64,000 nt of DNA from Cetorhinus maximus (taxonomy: Eukaryota). This document shows, piece after piece, positions 49,354-62,454 of this stretch; positions within the stretch are counted from its first letter, which is position 1, and each line of letters begins with the position of its first letter. The position numbers were made by a program, and so were the translations under genes. The DNA lies in contig NC_135897.1 of NCBI RefSeq assembly GCF_964194155.1, positions 83,948,001-84,012,000 on the forward strand, in the 5' to 3' direction. The notes beneath the pieces were generated by a model that saw only the letters and a program-made list of their open reading frames with translations, ran no database searches and had not been told where the DNA came from.

Positions 49354-50114
49354 ACTGCCATCTTGCTTTTCAGAGATTAAAGAGGATACACATTACAGTC
49401 TGATAAGCAAACCATGACTTCCCAGATACTATTCTAGTTCAAATACATTTTGATTGCAGAACAGTCAGAAACAGCTTAAGCCATACTTCATTCTTTGTCC
49501 TGAAATCTATCAAAGTAAGGCGCTATAGGCAACACATGCAAATACCCTGGGGTCTTGCGCCAGTTGTGGGCATGGGTAGTGGTGGTGTGGGCAGTGTTTC
49601 TGCAACTATCACGTTAATTTGATTAAAATTGATTCATCTACGGGACAGAGCTATTGTCTTCCTGTAGCCCAATTGTTTAACTTTTAATGGTTTGAGAGGT
49701 AAATATCAGTCGCTGTGCTCCTAGTTTGTCAGTTTTATTCTGCATTGCTATACTGTAACCCAATTGCAGGATGTGTCTCAAGATTCTCTAATTGGTAGCT
49801 GAGAGTTATTTAAGCTTATAAGAAGCGAAGTGCCCTATAGTTTATGTATATATATACGAACAAACAATGTAGTTCAAATAAAAAAAATTACAAGCTGCTG
49901 CACTGTCTCTTGTTACTGGTTATCTGTTACTTTTAATAAACTTCTTTCAAATTTTATGGCCAACATATGTCCTGACAGTGTTTTCCCTTCTGCTCATTAA
50001 AAGATCATGAAAGGGTTTTGCATCCAGCTAAACAGAGAAACAAGTGTCCAACCCCTAGGCAACACTACACTAAATATATGGTATATAAGTATATTTATTT
50101 TAGTAAAATTGCAC

Positions 50115-50475
50115 ATTGTGGCTCGGGTGTGCACCATTTACAAGATACACTGCAGCAACCCGCAAGGGTCCTTTGACAGCACCTTCCAAACTTGCAACCT
50201 TTAATACCTAGAAGATCAAAGGGCAACAGACGCATGGGAACATCACCGCCTGCAAGTTCCCCTCCAAATCACAAATCATCCTGACTTGGAAATATATCTC
50301 CATTTCTTCACTGTTGCTGGGCTAAAATCCTGGAACTCCCTCCCAAGCAGAACTGTGGATCTACCACACGGACTGCAGTGGTTCAAGAAGATGGCTGACC
50401 GCCATCTTCTCAAGGGCAATTAAAGATATGTAATAAATGTTGACCTTGCTAGTGATGTTCACATCTGTGAATGAG
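50115..50475 (+). mobile_element. 3' end of the second LINE family
   Basis: VCTIYKIHCSN motif, then CCTGACTTGGAAATATATC..AAATCCTGGAACTCCC..CTCAAGGGCAATTA. Confidence 0.8.
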
Positions 50476-50822
50476 TTAAACAAGATCCCTAGGCAATGCT
50501 ACAATAAATATAGGAACAATTGTTTAACTGTGTTGTATACCAGATATTGTGCATGTAAAGTAATATTCCTATCATCGGGCAAAACAGGTTGCAATGGGAG
50601 TGATCTTTGATGCAGAGCTAAGGGAGATAATTCCTTACACTCCTTCGACAGTGCTACTCAGGCCTAATGGCCACCCAAACAGGAAAACTGGATCTTGGAT
50701 TTGGTATCTCATTTAAAGAATAGGAAACTTTGCAAAATTTACAATATATAAATTATACACAATTCAAATAAAATAACGTTTCAACTTCACAATTGTCGTG
50801 TAGGTGTGGGAATGGGTCTTAC

Positions 50823-50988
50823 TCTTTCTGTGTAGCTGTCCATTTTGTAGTCAATTGTAGGAGCGAAGTAACAGTCAGTGGTCACCAAACAAACAAAGCT
50901 CTTAACTCCTTCCCCTGCTATCCACAGAATGTCAGAAAGCGCTGCTGCCAATGCATTTTCTTGCTCCTTATGGCTCACTCCAAGCAGG
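50823..50988 (-). CDS. MINDY4B: MINDY4B internal exon (166 nt, phase 2 to 0)
   Basis: ctcttgcag|C LLGVSHKEQENALAAALSDILWIAGEGVKSFVCLVTTDCYFAPTIDYKMDSYTER|gtaaga. Confidence 0.95.
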
Positions 50989-51969
50989 CTGCAAGAGAAT
51001 GCAGAAAATGTGAGGCACCGGTTGTAGATTCTTTCCATCCGTGACCAACTTCAGAGCCAAATGGTGGATGGCAACTGAGGGCTTACCGCTATGTGGATGC
51101 TTTAGCATCTCCAATACAGATAAGGCCAATCACTATCTGGCCTGATGTTACCTACACTGGGGTGGATCTTACCAGCCCTCTGGAGATGGGCTGGAAGATG
51201 GGAGGCCTCAGAACATGCTGGCGGAAGGGGTCAGGAGGAAAGTCCAATAATTTCTCACAGTCATGGGATACTCTTGATGGCAGGAACCTCAGCAGTGTGG
51301 TCAGTCACCAATCAGAGATGGGCGACCAATTAAACCAATTTATTGGCCAATTAACAGCCACTTTCTCCCCAGTCAGGAGGGGCCACTGCTGCGTGGGGAA
51401 ACCGGCAGACTGAGTAGGTTCCCGGGGGGAGGGTTATGTAAGAGAGTAGGGGGAGGTGGGGGGTGGGGGTGGGGGGGGGGGGGGGGAGTGGTGTTGGGGG
51501 GAAGGGACGGGTGCCTTCCTTAAGGCCCTCCATGGCCCATGGAGGGCCCCGCCTTGGCAAAGGCCACTCCCTCCTGGCTTTGAAATGATGCTGGACAAAT
51601 TAGGGCCTGCCTGCCCTCGACACATTAAAATGAAACTTATCCTGGCATTTGAGGGCACCTCAACATGGAGGCACCTTCTTCCTCTCCCTGCAGGCTCAAG
51701 ATTCATCCAACTATCTCCTGCTCTAATTCTAACCTGGTGGCCAACTTTGGTTGAACGCGTTCCTCGAGGTTTCATCACATGACCTCCGACCTCCAACTGC
51801 CCCGCCCCTTAAAACACCTTTTTCGCATCTGCAATATTTTTACAACCAATAAACCAAAGTGATCAAAGAAAATTAAGAAAAGGAAACATTCACTGCTATG
51901 GTTTTTCCTGTGTTGCTCACAATAGTGTCCAAATGATTAATCTTTAATTCTTGGTCCAAGTTGCAAGTT

Positions 51970-52505
51970 GTGGGGGGTGAAGGAGGGGGAGATGGGGAAG
52001 TGATGGAGCGGGAGATGGAGGGTAAAGGATGGGGAAATGGGGATGAAGGAAGGGGAGATGGGAGTGAAGGAGGGGGGATGGGGAGGTGATGGAGTGGGAG
52101 TTGGGAGGCTGAAGGAGGGGGTGATGGGGAATGAAGAAGGGGGAGAATGGGGGTGAAGGAGGGGGAGATGGGATGAAGGAGGGAGGGATGGGGTGAAGGG
52201 GGGAGATGGGTGAAGAGGGGGAGTTGGGAGGTGAAGGAAGGGTAGGTGGGGGATGTAGGAGTAGGAATGGGGGGGGTAGGAGTGGGGATAGGGGGTGATG
52301 GAGGGGGAGATGGGGTGTGAAGGAGGGTAGATGGGGGTGAAGGAAAGGAGATGGTGGGTGAAGTAGGGGCAGATAGGGGTTAAGAGGAGGGGATGGGGGT
52401 GAAGGAAGGGGAAATGAGGGGTGTAAGAGGGGAGATGGGGGTGAAGAAGAATTTATGGAGGTGAAAGAGGAGGGGTATGGGGGTGAATGATGTAAATATG
52501 GTGTG
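51970..52505 (+). repeat. G/A-rich minisatellite (~20-bp unit GGGGAGATGGGGGTGAAGGA); resumes at 53820-54003
   Basis: Direct reading of the repeated unit on both sides of a CR1 insertion. Confidence 0.88.
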
Positions 52506-52509
52506 ACGG

Positions 52510-53810
52510 ATGTAGATAGATTCTTAATAAGCAGTGGGGTGAAAGGTTATCAGGGATAGGCAGGAATACCAGGTTAAAATCAGGCCAGCCATGATCTTAT
52601 TGAATGGCAGAACAGGCACGAGGGGCTGAGTGGCCTATTCCTGCTCCCAATTCAGAAAATAAAAACTCATGGCATAGGGGATAACATATTAGCCTGGTTA
52701 GAGGATTGGCTGGCTGGCACAAAACAGAGAGTATGCATAAATGGGTCTTTGTCTACTTGGCAGGATGTGACTAGTGGGGCCCCGCAGGGGTCTGTGCTGC
52801 GGCCTCAACTTAAAACAATTTACATAAATGACTTAGATGAGAGGAATGAAGGTAAGGTAGCTAAATTTGCAGACGACACAAAGATAGGTAGGAAAGTATG
52901 TTATGAGGAAGACATGAGGAATTTGCAGACAGGTACATTTAAGTTGAATGAGTGGGCATTAATCTGATAGATGGAATGTATTATAGGAAAATGTGAAGTT
53001 GTTCACTTTGGCAGGAAGAATAAAAGAGCAGATTATTACTTAAACGGACAATGACTGCAGAATTCAGAGATGCAGAGGGATCTAGGTACATTGTTCTTGT
53101 GCATGAGTCACAAAAAGTTAGTATGCAGGTACAGCAAGCAATCAAGAAGGCTAACGAAATGTTATTCTTTATTACGAGAGGAATTGAACATAGAAGTAAG
53201 GATGCTATGCTTCAGTTATACAGGGCATTGGTGAGATGGCTTCTCAAATACAGTGTGCAGTTTTTGTCTCCTTATTTAAAGAAGGATGTAAATGCATTGG
53301 CGGCAGTTCAGAGGAGGTTTACTAGATTGATGCCTGGAATGAACGGATTGTCTTATGAGGAAAGGCTGGTCAAGCTGGGCTTCTTTCCGCTGGAGTTTAG
53401 AAGAGTGAGGGGTGACTTAATTGAAGTATATAAGGTCCTGAATGGTCTTGACAAGATGGACATGGAAATTGACATGTTTCCTCTTGTGGGGGAGTCCAGA
53501 ACTAGGACGCACTATTTTAAAATTAAGTGGTCACCCTTATAGGACAGAGATGAGGAGAAACTTTTCTTTCAGAGGGTTGTGCGACTTTGGAATTCTCTGC
53601 CTCAGAAGGCGGTGGAAGTGGGGTCACTGAATATTTTTAGGGCTGAGGTAGATAGATTCTTGTTAGGCAAGGGAATCAAAGGTTGTCTGGGATAAATGGG
53701 AATGTAGAACTCAAAACACAAACAGACCAGCCATGATCTTATTGAATGGTGGAGGAGGCACGAAGGGCTGAATGGCCTACTTCTGCTCCGATTTCGTATG
53801 TTCGTATGTT
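52510..53810 (+). mobile_element. CR1 insertions (short tail 52510-52655, then RT to 3' UTR) inside the minisatellite
   Basis: PQGSVL..KFADDTK (52749-52967), ORF 53051-53542, tail TCGTATGTTCGTATGTT. Confidence 0.9.
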
Positions 53811-54431
53811 TGTATATTTAGATGGAGGGGGTGAAGGATGGGATGATGTGGGGGTGAAGGATGGGAAGATGGGGCGACTGAGGGGGAGATGGGGGCTGAA
53901 GGAGGCGGGATGGGGGATGAAGGAGGGGGAGATGAGGGGAGGAAGGGGAGGGGATGGGAGTGAAGGAGGGAGAAATGGGGGTGTGAGGGTGGTAGAGATG
54001 GGGCACGCTCAACTCCTTTCCACCCTGCCCCGCTCCCCCCTCCACCCACTCAACAACTCTCGTTTCCTCCAAAGTTGCAACCCAGGGTCACATGACATCT
54101 GTGGCATCAAAATAGGGTCACACCAGGTAAACATTTGGGAGGCACTATTCTTGGAGATTCCAGGACAGTTCTGGAGGGTTGATAATGTTAATTCTAAGAT
54201 GTGTAAATAAGGAACTAGCTTGTTTAAGATGTATTCCCCTCTGGCTTCAAGGCAGATGCAAGCCTGTTAGTAGCCTTTCCAATGCTTCTCACGTTCTTCC
54301 CTTGGGACTTAACCAAAGGCTTTGCCCCAGGTAGGGTGGAATCATCTAAAAACTCATTAAACCAATCAATAACATCTCACAACTATTCTCAAACGTTTAC
54401 TAAATAAGTCAAGGTGAGAGTATTGTTTTAC

Positions 54432-54529
54432 CATTTAATGTTGTGGCTTTCCACTTCACTATTTCTGGTGAACAGTAAGTACTTGAGAACATGTGCTTGC
54501 ACAGCCATCTGAATGGACCTTGTACCACC
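54432..54529 (-). CDS. MINDY4B: MINDY4B internal exon (98 nt, phase 0 to 2), degenerate catalytic Cys loop
   Basis: ttttttaag|GGTRSIQMAVQAHVLKYLLFTRNSEVESHNIK TG|gtaaaa. Confidence 0.93.
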
Positions 54530-55656
54530 CTTAAAAAAGAATGAATCATTTTTAAAACAAAATAGTGTTGATATTCTTTATTACAATCCTATTAATCTGC
54601 TATGACACACTGAGCATAAAATAGTTAAATGGGTGTGTTTAGACAATGTATCATAAAACCACAACCTCTACCGCCTAGTAGAAGAAATTTAATAGGGAAT
54701 TCAGTAGAAACCTCTTTACTGAAAGAATGGTCAGAATGGGGAATGTGCTACTGCAGGGAGTGGTTGAAGTGAGTTGTATTGAGGGGGATAAAGGGAAGCT
54801 AGACAAGCATTTGAGGGAAGAAGGAAAAGATGGTTACAATGATAAAATGACAAAAGAGGCTTGAGTGGAGCTTAAACACAAGCATGGACTGGTTGGGCCG
54901 AATGGCCTGTTTCTGTGCTGTATGTTAAGGACAATGGCTCCAGGTTTATCACTTCCAGGTTCCCCTCCAAGTCACACACCATCCCGACTTGGACACAAAT
55001 CGATTGTCTCTTCATTGTCGCAGTGCCAAAATCCTACAACTCCCGACCCAACTGCATGGTGGGAATAACTTCACCACATTAACTGGCGATGTTCGAGGTG
55101 AAGGTACTACCAACTTCTCAGGGGGAATTAGGGATGGGCAATAAATGCTGGCCTTACCAGCAACACCCATATCCTAAGAATGAATATAAAAAGAAAAAGA
55201 ATCATATTTAATTGGTCTTCCTCAATTTCAAAAGTAAGTTATTGTGTGAAACGCGTTGAGGCATTTCATTGTGACAGAGTTCTTTACAAATAGAAATATT
55301 ACCTATTGTGGTAAATGTTATGTCTTTGCAAAATCTTCTAGTTTACTGATTCATTATTCTTGTTGTCTGTATAGTTGCGCAATTTAAGTTGGTTAATCTG
55401 AGATGAACTCCTTTTATGTCAGCTTGAGAGGGCAGATAGGGTTTGGGCTTAATGTTTCATCCAAAAGACAGCACCTCTGACAGTGCAACACTGCCTCAGT
55501 ACTGCACTGGAGTGGCAACCTAGATTTTTGTGCTAGATTTCAGGACTTAAGTATAGAAGACTGAAGGGTGACCCTTTCGAGGTGCTTAACATGATACAAT
55601 GACTTGACAGGGTAGATGCAGAGGAACCATTTAAAGGATAAGGGTACATACACTTA

Positions 55657-56060
55657 GGCTTGAATTTTACCCTTGGTGACGCGGGCGATTGGCGAGCACC
55701 TGACTGGCCAGGAAACGGGCCACAGCACGCGATCAGCCCCCGACCATGATTTCACGCTGGCTGGCCAATTAAGGCCCGCCCAGCATGAAATGTGTCTTCC
55801 CAATGGTCGGGAAGGGCTGGGCGGGGGTGGGGGCCTGTAGGCCGCTGGGTCCAATGCTGACCCGGCAGATGGTTTAAAAACGGTACAGGGAAGAACATAT
55901 TTGCAGCATTGTGAACACCGAAGCCATGGCTTAGAGTGCCAGCATGGAGACACCAGGTGGGAAGGCAGGTCAGGTGGGCACTTGGCCCCTCCGGTTTTTG
56001 GATGAGCGACCTGCGGTGTTCCTGGGCAAGGTGGCCGCCAGGAGGGACATCCTGAATGGC
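55657..56060 (+). mobile_element. Left end of a Harbinger/PIF-like transposon with a Myb/SANT-like ORF remnant
   Basis: TTA|GGCTTGAATTTT terminus; frameshifted AP/RFLDERPAVFLGKVAARRDIL at 55985-56054. Confidence 0.55.
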
Positions 56061-56296
56061 CCATCGCTGTTCGTGTGAATTAAGTAAATTGGGAGTTGCC
56101 CTTATGGGGACGGAGGGACATATTTTTAACTAACTAGCTGGGTGTAAAACTGGCATTGTGAATCAATTGAAATGACAATCAGATGAGTTTCCATAATGAG
56201 TGGCCAATCCAAGATAACAGTTAATGCTCAGGCAGCAAGTTGAAAGTTTACCCCAGAGCTTGGAGTGCATATGAGGAAACATCTGTGGATTTCTCA

Positions 56297-56488
<192 letters not shown>

Positions 56489-57374
56489 CTACATTGAAAA
56501 GGAATCATAAATCATTACAGAGCAATTGTAGAGACACAAATGGCATACATTTTAAACCTAGTTTCCAATCCTAAACTGCACGATGGACGGAATGGCAGTC
56601 ATGAAAGGTTCTGTTCATCGCAAAGCCTAATTGTCAATCCAACGTGCTTGACGCAATTGGATAGCAAACCCTCCTGGTGCTTTGAGGCGGGTGTGTGGGG
56701 ATAAGAACCTGTTGTTATTATAACATTTCTAATTGACTGCAATTTACTCAATAATAGCTGCAGTCAGTTCAAGATGACTGTACCGTACGCAGGTGATAGA
56801 AATAGCTACACTAACAGCATTGAGTTATCTTGCGAGGTTTCCATTCTCCACATGCCCTCCAACACAAAAGGGCTCTTGAAATTATAATAAATATTCCGGT
56901 CTGTACCTCAATGGGAGGGGGTTCCATAGACGTACAACTGAATAAACGGAATAGAACCTCTGAGATAGACTGAACATTGGCTCAGTCAGAGAAAGTAACA
57001 AGTGGTTGTGAATGAAGGCGTGCCAAAATGGCAAAGAACCATGAATGGATGCCAGGGATCAGAGCTGGGCACACTGCTATTTACACTGGAGATAAAGTAC
57101 TTGTAACTGCGGATAGAAAAGCCTCCTAAGCTGTCTACTTTTGCAAATGACCTGAAAGCTTGGAAATTCCCCTTCGGGATTCTTTTGGTCACTTTCTGTA
57201 GCTTTAGCCTAAGTTCAGCTGCGTAGTCTCTGTTGGTAGGACTCTTCCCAAAGTCAGAAGGTTGTGGGTTCAATTCCTATTCCTGAGACAAAACTTAGTC
57301 TGAGCTTCCAGTGCAGCGCCGAGGGAGAGCTGCACTTTTAGAGTTGCTGCCTTTCAGATGAGATGTTAAGACCT

Positions 57375-58735
57375 GTGCAAATAGATGTAAATGGGTACAA
57401 TAGGATTGCGATTACGAGGACATGGCTGCAGGGTGACCAAGGCTGGGAACTGAATATCCAAGGGTACTCAATATAGAGGAGGGACAGACAAAATGGAATA
57501 GTAGATGGCGTGGCGTTGTTAGTTAAGGATGAAATCAGTGCAATAGTGAGAGAGGATATTGTAGAATCAGAATGAGTGGAGCTAAGAAGCAACAGTAGTG
57601 GAAAACATTAGTGGGAGTTATCTATAGGCCTCCAAACAGTAGTGATAAAGTAGGGGATGGCATTAAACAGGAAATTAGAGATGCATGTAACAAGGGTGCT
57701 ACAGTAATCATGGGTGACTTTAATCTACATATAGATTGGGCAAAGCAAATTAGCAATAATGCGATGGCGAATGAATTCCTGGAGTGTGTACGAGATGGTT
57801 TTTTGAGAAATCGACTAGAGAACAAGCTATCCTAGATTTAGTATTGTGCAATGAGAATGGGTTAATTAATAATCTTCTTGTGTGGGGTCCTTTAGAGAAC
57901 AGTGACCATAACATGATAGGATCCTTCATTAGGATGGAAAGTGAAATAGTCCGATCTGAAACTAGGGTCCTAAATCTAAACAAAGGAAACTACGAAGGTA
58001 TGAGGCATGAGTTAGCTAAGGTAGGTTGGGGGTTTTCATTAAAAGACATGATGGTGGCCAGGCAATGGCTAATATTTAAGGAACGAATATATCCATTACA
58101 ACAGTTATACATTCCTTTCTGGCACAAAACACAAGAAAAGTGGCCCAACCATGGCTAACAAAAGAAATTAAGGATAGTATTAGATTCAAAGAGGAGTCAT
58201 ATAAAGTTGCTAGAAAAGGTAGCAAGCCTGAGAATTGGGAGCAGTTTAGAATTCAGCAAAATACCAAGAGATTGAATAAGAGGGGAAAAATAGAGTATGA
58301 GAGTAAACTTGAAAGGAACATAAAAATGGACTGTACAAGCTTCCATAAGTATGTAAAAAGAAAAAAAAAGTGAAGACAGATGTAGGTCCCTTACAGCCTG
58401 AAACAGGAGAATTTATAATAGAGAACAAGGAAATGGCAAAGCAGCTAAACAATTACTTTAGCTCTGTCTTCATGGAGGAAGACACTAATAACTTCCCTGA
58501 AATGCTAGGAAACCAAGAGTCTGGTCAGAAGGAGGAATTGAAGGAAATTAGTATGACTAAAACAATACTGCTGGAGAAATTAATGGGACTGAAAGCCGAT
58601 ATATCCTCAGGGCCCGATAATCTACATCCCAGGGCACTAAAGGAGGTGGCCATGGAAATAGTGGATGCATTGGTTGTCATCTTCCAAAATTCTATAAAGT
58701 CTGGAGTAGTCCCAGTAGATTGGAGGGTGGCAATT
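57375..58735 (+). mobile_element. CR1 ORF2 endonuclease-region fragment, preceded by a partial Deu-SINE head (~57215-57375)
   Basis: I.ITRTWL, GVIYRPPN, IMGDFN..IDW, LDLVL..SDHN, SGPDNLHPRALKE..VPVDWRVA. Confidence 0.92.
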
Positions 58736-59407
58736 GAAGATCAATCTCCAGGACACTGCTGTGAGCAATCCTGGAGAAAAATCATGGGCATTAAAAAAGA
58801 TTGATTTTGTTGTCATTTTCTTTGAATGTTTCTCTTTACCAGATATAAAAATATCGAAAATAGGAAAAAAAAAGGCTATTTGGCTGATAGGTAAGCATCA
58901 TCCAATTGGGTAATGAGGCTTTTTGCTTTCCAATTATCGTAGGAAGGCAGCATGTCACAAGGATGGATGTGTTGGCTGACTAATAGCAAGATCGTGGGGG
59001 CAAGTCATGTTGAAACCTCCAGGAATATATTTAATCATAGTTTGGCAATCTTACAGGTGAATGATAGTGGGAGGAGGATCATGGGGTGGGGTTTGCCAGA
59101 GAGGGGAAGGAGTGGGGATCGGCAGCAGGGGCTGGGGGTGGGGTAGTAGCTCTCAGCAGGCCTCCCTCTTCCCGATGCCGGTTCCTCCGATCAGATACTG
59201 AGTCCCCTTCAACAAGGAGCCCCCTCTGGAAGCCCACAAGCAAATGGGATGTGTGTTCCCTGCATGGTGAGTCCCCTGCCTGCCGCTGGGTGAATAACAG
59301 TGGAGGATGAGACCCTTAAGTGGTCATTAAGTACCCACTTGAGGGCCTCAATTAGCAGGGGGGCATGGGAAGGTTGTCCACGAGCCTTCCTGCCACGGAC
59401 TTAATTG

Positions 59408-59923
59408 GGTTGAGGTGGGATGATGGCGGTGTCCCCACCCTGCACCTTCCCGTCCTACTAAATTCCTCCCTGCTACCACGCTCGCCAAGGGGCATTAAAT
59501 TCCACCCAGTATTTATTGTGAAGAAACTTGGAGTCATGAGGACAGTGAAGGGAACATAAAATGAATGGTTCCAGACTGCAAATCACGGCCTCAGAGAGGG
59601 ATCAGGGGTGCTGGTTGTAACCACCTGGCAGTCCATTGTAGTTCAATCACACGCCCAACAATTAATTGTGCCCTTCAATTTTCCCCTTTTCCAGAAACAA
59701 ACTTAATTCTCTTTCAAACCTATATTTATTGTCCACTTCCATGTAACTTATCCTACTAATCTGTCACCCAACTAATTTAGCCAATCCCTTTCATAATCTT
59801 GGAACCTTTAAGTTAGTTTACTTTGTCAGCTGAAATGATAGGCTTTAAGAACGGTTCTCAGGGAGGAATTTAATAGGACGGGAAGGTGCAGGGTGGGGAC
59901 ACCGCCATCTTCCCACCTCAACC
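59408..59923. repeat. 65-bp inverted repeat pair (59408-59472 and 59859-59923)
   Basis: 63/65 match by manual reverse-complement comparison. Confidence 0.88.
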
Positions 59924-59939
59924 TTTCGCTAGCTGTCAA

Positions 59940-60392
59940 AAGAAAAGAACAACTTGCATTTATATAGCACCTTTCATGACCACTGGACCTCTAAAAGTGC
60001 TTTACAGCCAATGAAGTACTTTTTTGAAGTGTAATCACTGTAAGAAACATGGCAACCAATTTGCACACAGCAAACTCCCACAAACAGCAATGTGATGATT
60101 ACCAGATAATCTGTTTCTGTGAGGTTGACTGAGGGATAAATATTTGTCAGCACATCAGGGATAACTCCCCGGCACTTCCACAAAATAGTCTTTGTGGCAT
60201 CTCTTACATCCACCCGAGCAGTTGGAGCCTTGCTTTAAACAGTCTCGCCCAAAAGACTGTACCACCAACTGTGTAGCACTCCCTCAGTGTTGCACTGGCA
60301 TGTCAGTTGTGATTTTTGTGCTCAAGCCCTGGAGTGGGATTATAAACCCAGAACCTTGGGACTCAAAGATGCGAGTGCTACCAACTGAGCCA
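59940..60392 (-). mobile_element. Near full-length Deu-domain SINE
   Basis: CTTGCATTTATATAGCACCTTTCATGACC..CAAACAGCAATGTGATG..GCACTCCCTCAGTG..GAGTGCTACCAACTGAGCC. Confidence 0.82.
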
Positions 60393-61214
60393 TGCCTGCC
60401 ATCACAGTTGCCTGTTAGGAGGTGAGCAGGGATGACATATGACAATTCCCATTCTGCTTTTCTCTCCCTCCCTGTGGCAATGTGCTTGGGAATTTTGCCC
60501 CGGTAGCCGAGATAGGTCACTTACCTTCATTTACTCTCAACCCACCCTTCTGTTTCAGTGGGAATAAACTAGACTGCCTTCAACCACTCCCGAAATTAGG
60601 TGAAAAATTTGAAACATGTTGGTCCATCTCCATCCCTACTTAGCCCCACTTGTGTTATTTTCTGATACATTTAAGTATATCCAGTCCTGTGCCCAAGCTG
60701 CCACTTTCATTTCCCAGGAACATTAATAGCTTCCCACTGCTGTGACTCCCAGAGGTATAAATGGAAGCAGTAAAGCAGGTAAGGCACTCCTACAAAGAAA
60801 GTTAGGATTCATGAGGTTAAAGAGTACACAGGAACATAAGTAACATAGGAACATAGAAGCAGGAGTAGGCCATTCGGATTGTCGGGCCTGCTCCACCAGC
60901 CATTCAATCAGATCATGGCTCATCATCTACCTCGACGCCCCTTTCCCGTGCTATCTCCGTGTCACTTGATCTCATTAGTATCCAGAAATCTATCGATTTC
61001 TGTCTGGAACATGATTGGACCGGCAGCTCTGGGACACAGGTCCTCATCCTCAATTGGAGGTGGTCCCAGTGACGGCCCAGTAATTGTCGCTCACGGTCCT
61101 GCCACCTGCCTGCCTGCACATGCGGGCTTTGGTCCTGCTTTCACTCCCAGTGGCGCGACATCCTGCTCATTGCTAACATTCTGGTCTTGGCATTTTTGAA
61201 CAGTTCTGGCCTTC

Positions 61215-62450
61215 AAATTATAATCAGGATATGGAGGCACTGACGAAGGCACAAAAAAAAACCCCAGAACTGAGAGGTTTTAGCTATCAAGAAAGATTGA
61301 ACAGGCTGGGGCTCTTTTCTCTAGAAAAGAGAAGATTGAGAGGTGACCTGATAGAGGTTTTTACGATTATGAATTGAGTTGATGGGGTAGATATAGAGAA
61401 GATGTTTCCACTTGTAGGTGAGGCAAGAACTAGAGGCCATAAACATAAGATAGTCAAATAGAGAATGCAGGAGAAACATCTTTAGCCAGAGAGTGGTTAG
61501 AATGTGGAACTGGCTACCACAAGGGGTTGTTGAAGTGAATAGCATAGGTGCATTTAAAGTGAAGCTAGATCAGCATGTGAGGGAGAAAGAGATTGCAGGA
61601 TATGTTGATGGGGTTAGAAAAGGGTAGGAGGAGGCTTGAATGCAGCATAAACACCAGCATTAACCTAATGGCCCGCGTAGCCCACTGCTGTGCTCTTAAT
61701 ACTTTGTACCTTGCAATATTATGTTGGGGAGTTGCTGCTCTTTCCTGGCTGTGGACAGCATGTGTTAAATCAGATAGACACAGCAGTAAAAGGGATAGTT
61801 GGAAAAGACAATGATGTGACGCAGTCTGACAGCAAAAGAGAATGGCACAATAACTTCATGTTTAAGCCAAGTTTGAAGACCCACTATTGTTCTTTATTTT
61901 ATGTTGTATCTTGAAGGTAAGTCCTGCAGTTTGACTTAAGTGAGTCCAATCATAATAAAACAGCTTATCAATATGAATTTGGATTTAGGAATCAAAAACA
62001 CTTTCTAAATTTGCGGATGGCAGCAGATTAGGGGGATAGTCAACACCGAAGAGGAATGCAACAAACTACAGGAAGACATCAATAACCTTGTAGAATGGGC
62101 AAATAAATTGACAAATGAAGTTCAACACAGGTAAATGTAAAGTAGTACAGTTTGTTAGGAAGAATAGGGAGGCTACATATTACTTGGAAGGTGCAAATCT
62201 AGGTGGGGTAGAGGAACAAAGGGATCTCGGAGTACAAATACATCAATCACTAAAAGTTGAGCCACAGGTTAGCAAGGTTACAAATAAGCAAACAAAGCAC
62301 TAGGCTTTATAATACAATTGAAAAGTAGGGAAGTTATGCTAAACCTGCTTAATGCGCGCAGTTCTGGTCACCATATTATAAAAGGATATTGAACCGCTGG
62401 AGAGGGTGCAAAGAAGATTTACAAGGATGATACCAGAAATAAGTGGGTAT
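61215..62450 (+). mobile_element. Two older CR1 fragments (61215-61700, 61995-62450)
   Basis: LFSLEKRRLRGDLIEVF; KFAD..LQEDI..MKFNTGKCKV..RDLGVQI. Confidence 0.8.
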
Positions 62451-62454
62451 ACAA

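Noticed and set aside
60520-60800. Possible upstream MINDY4B exon ending at GAAG|gtaagt (~60525)
   Set aside because: The phase-0 frame has a stop just before the donor and there is no similarity to the MINDY4B N-terminus
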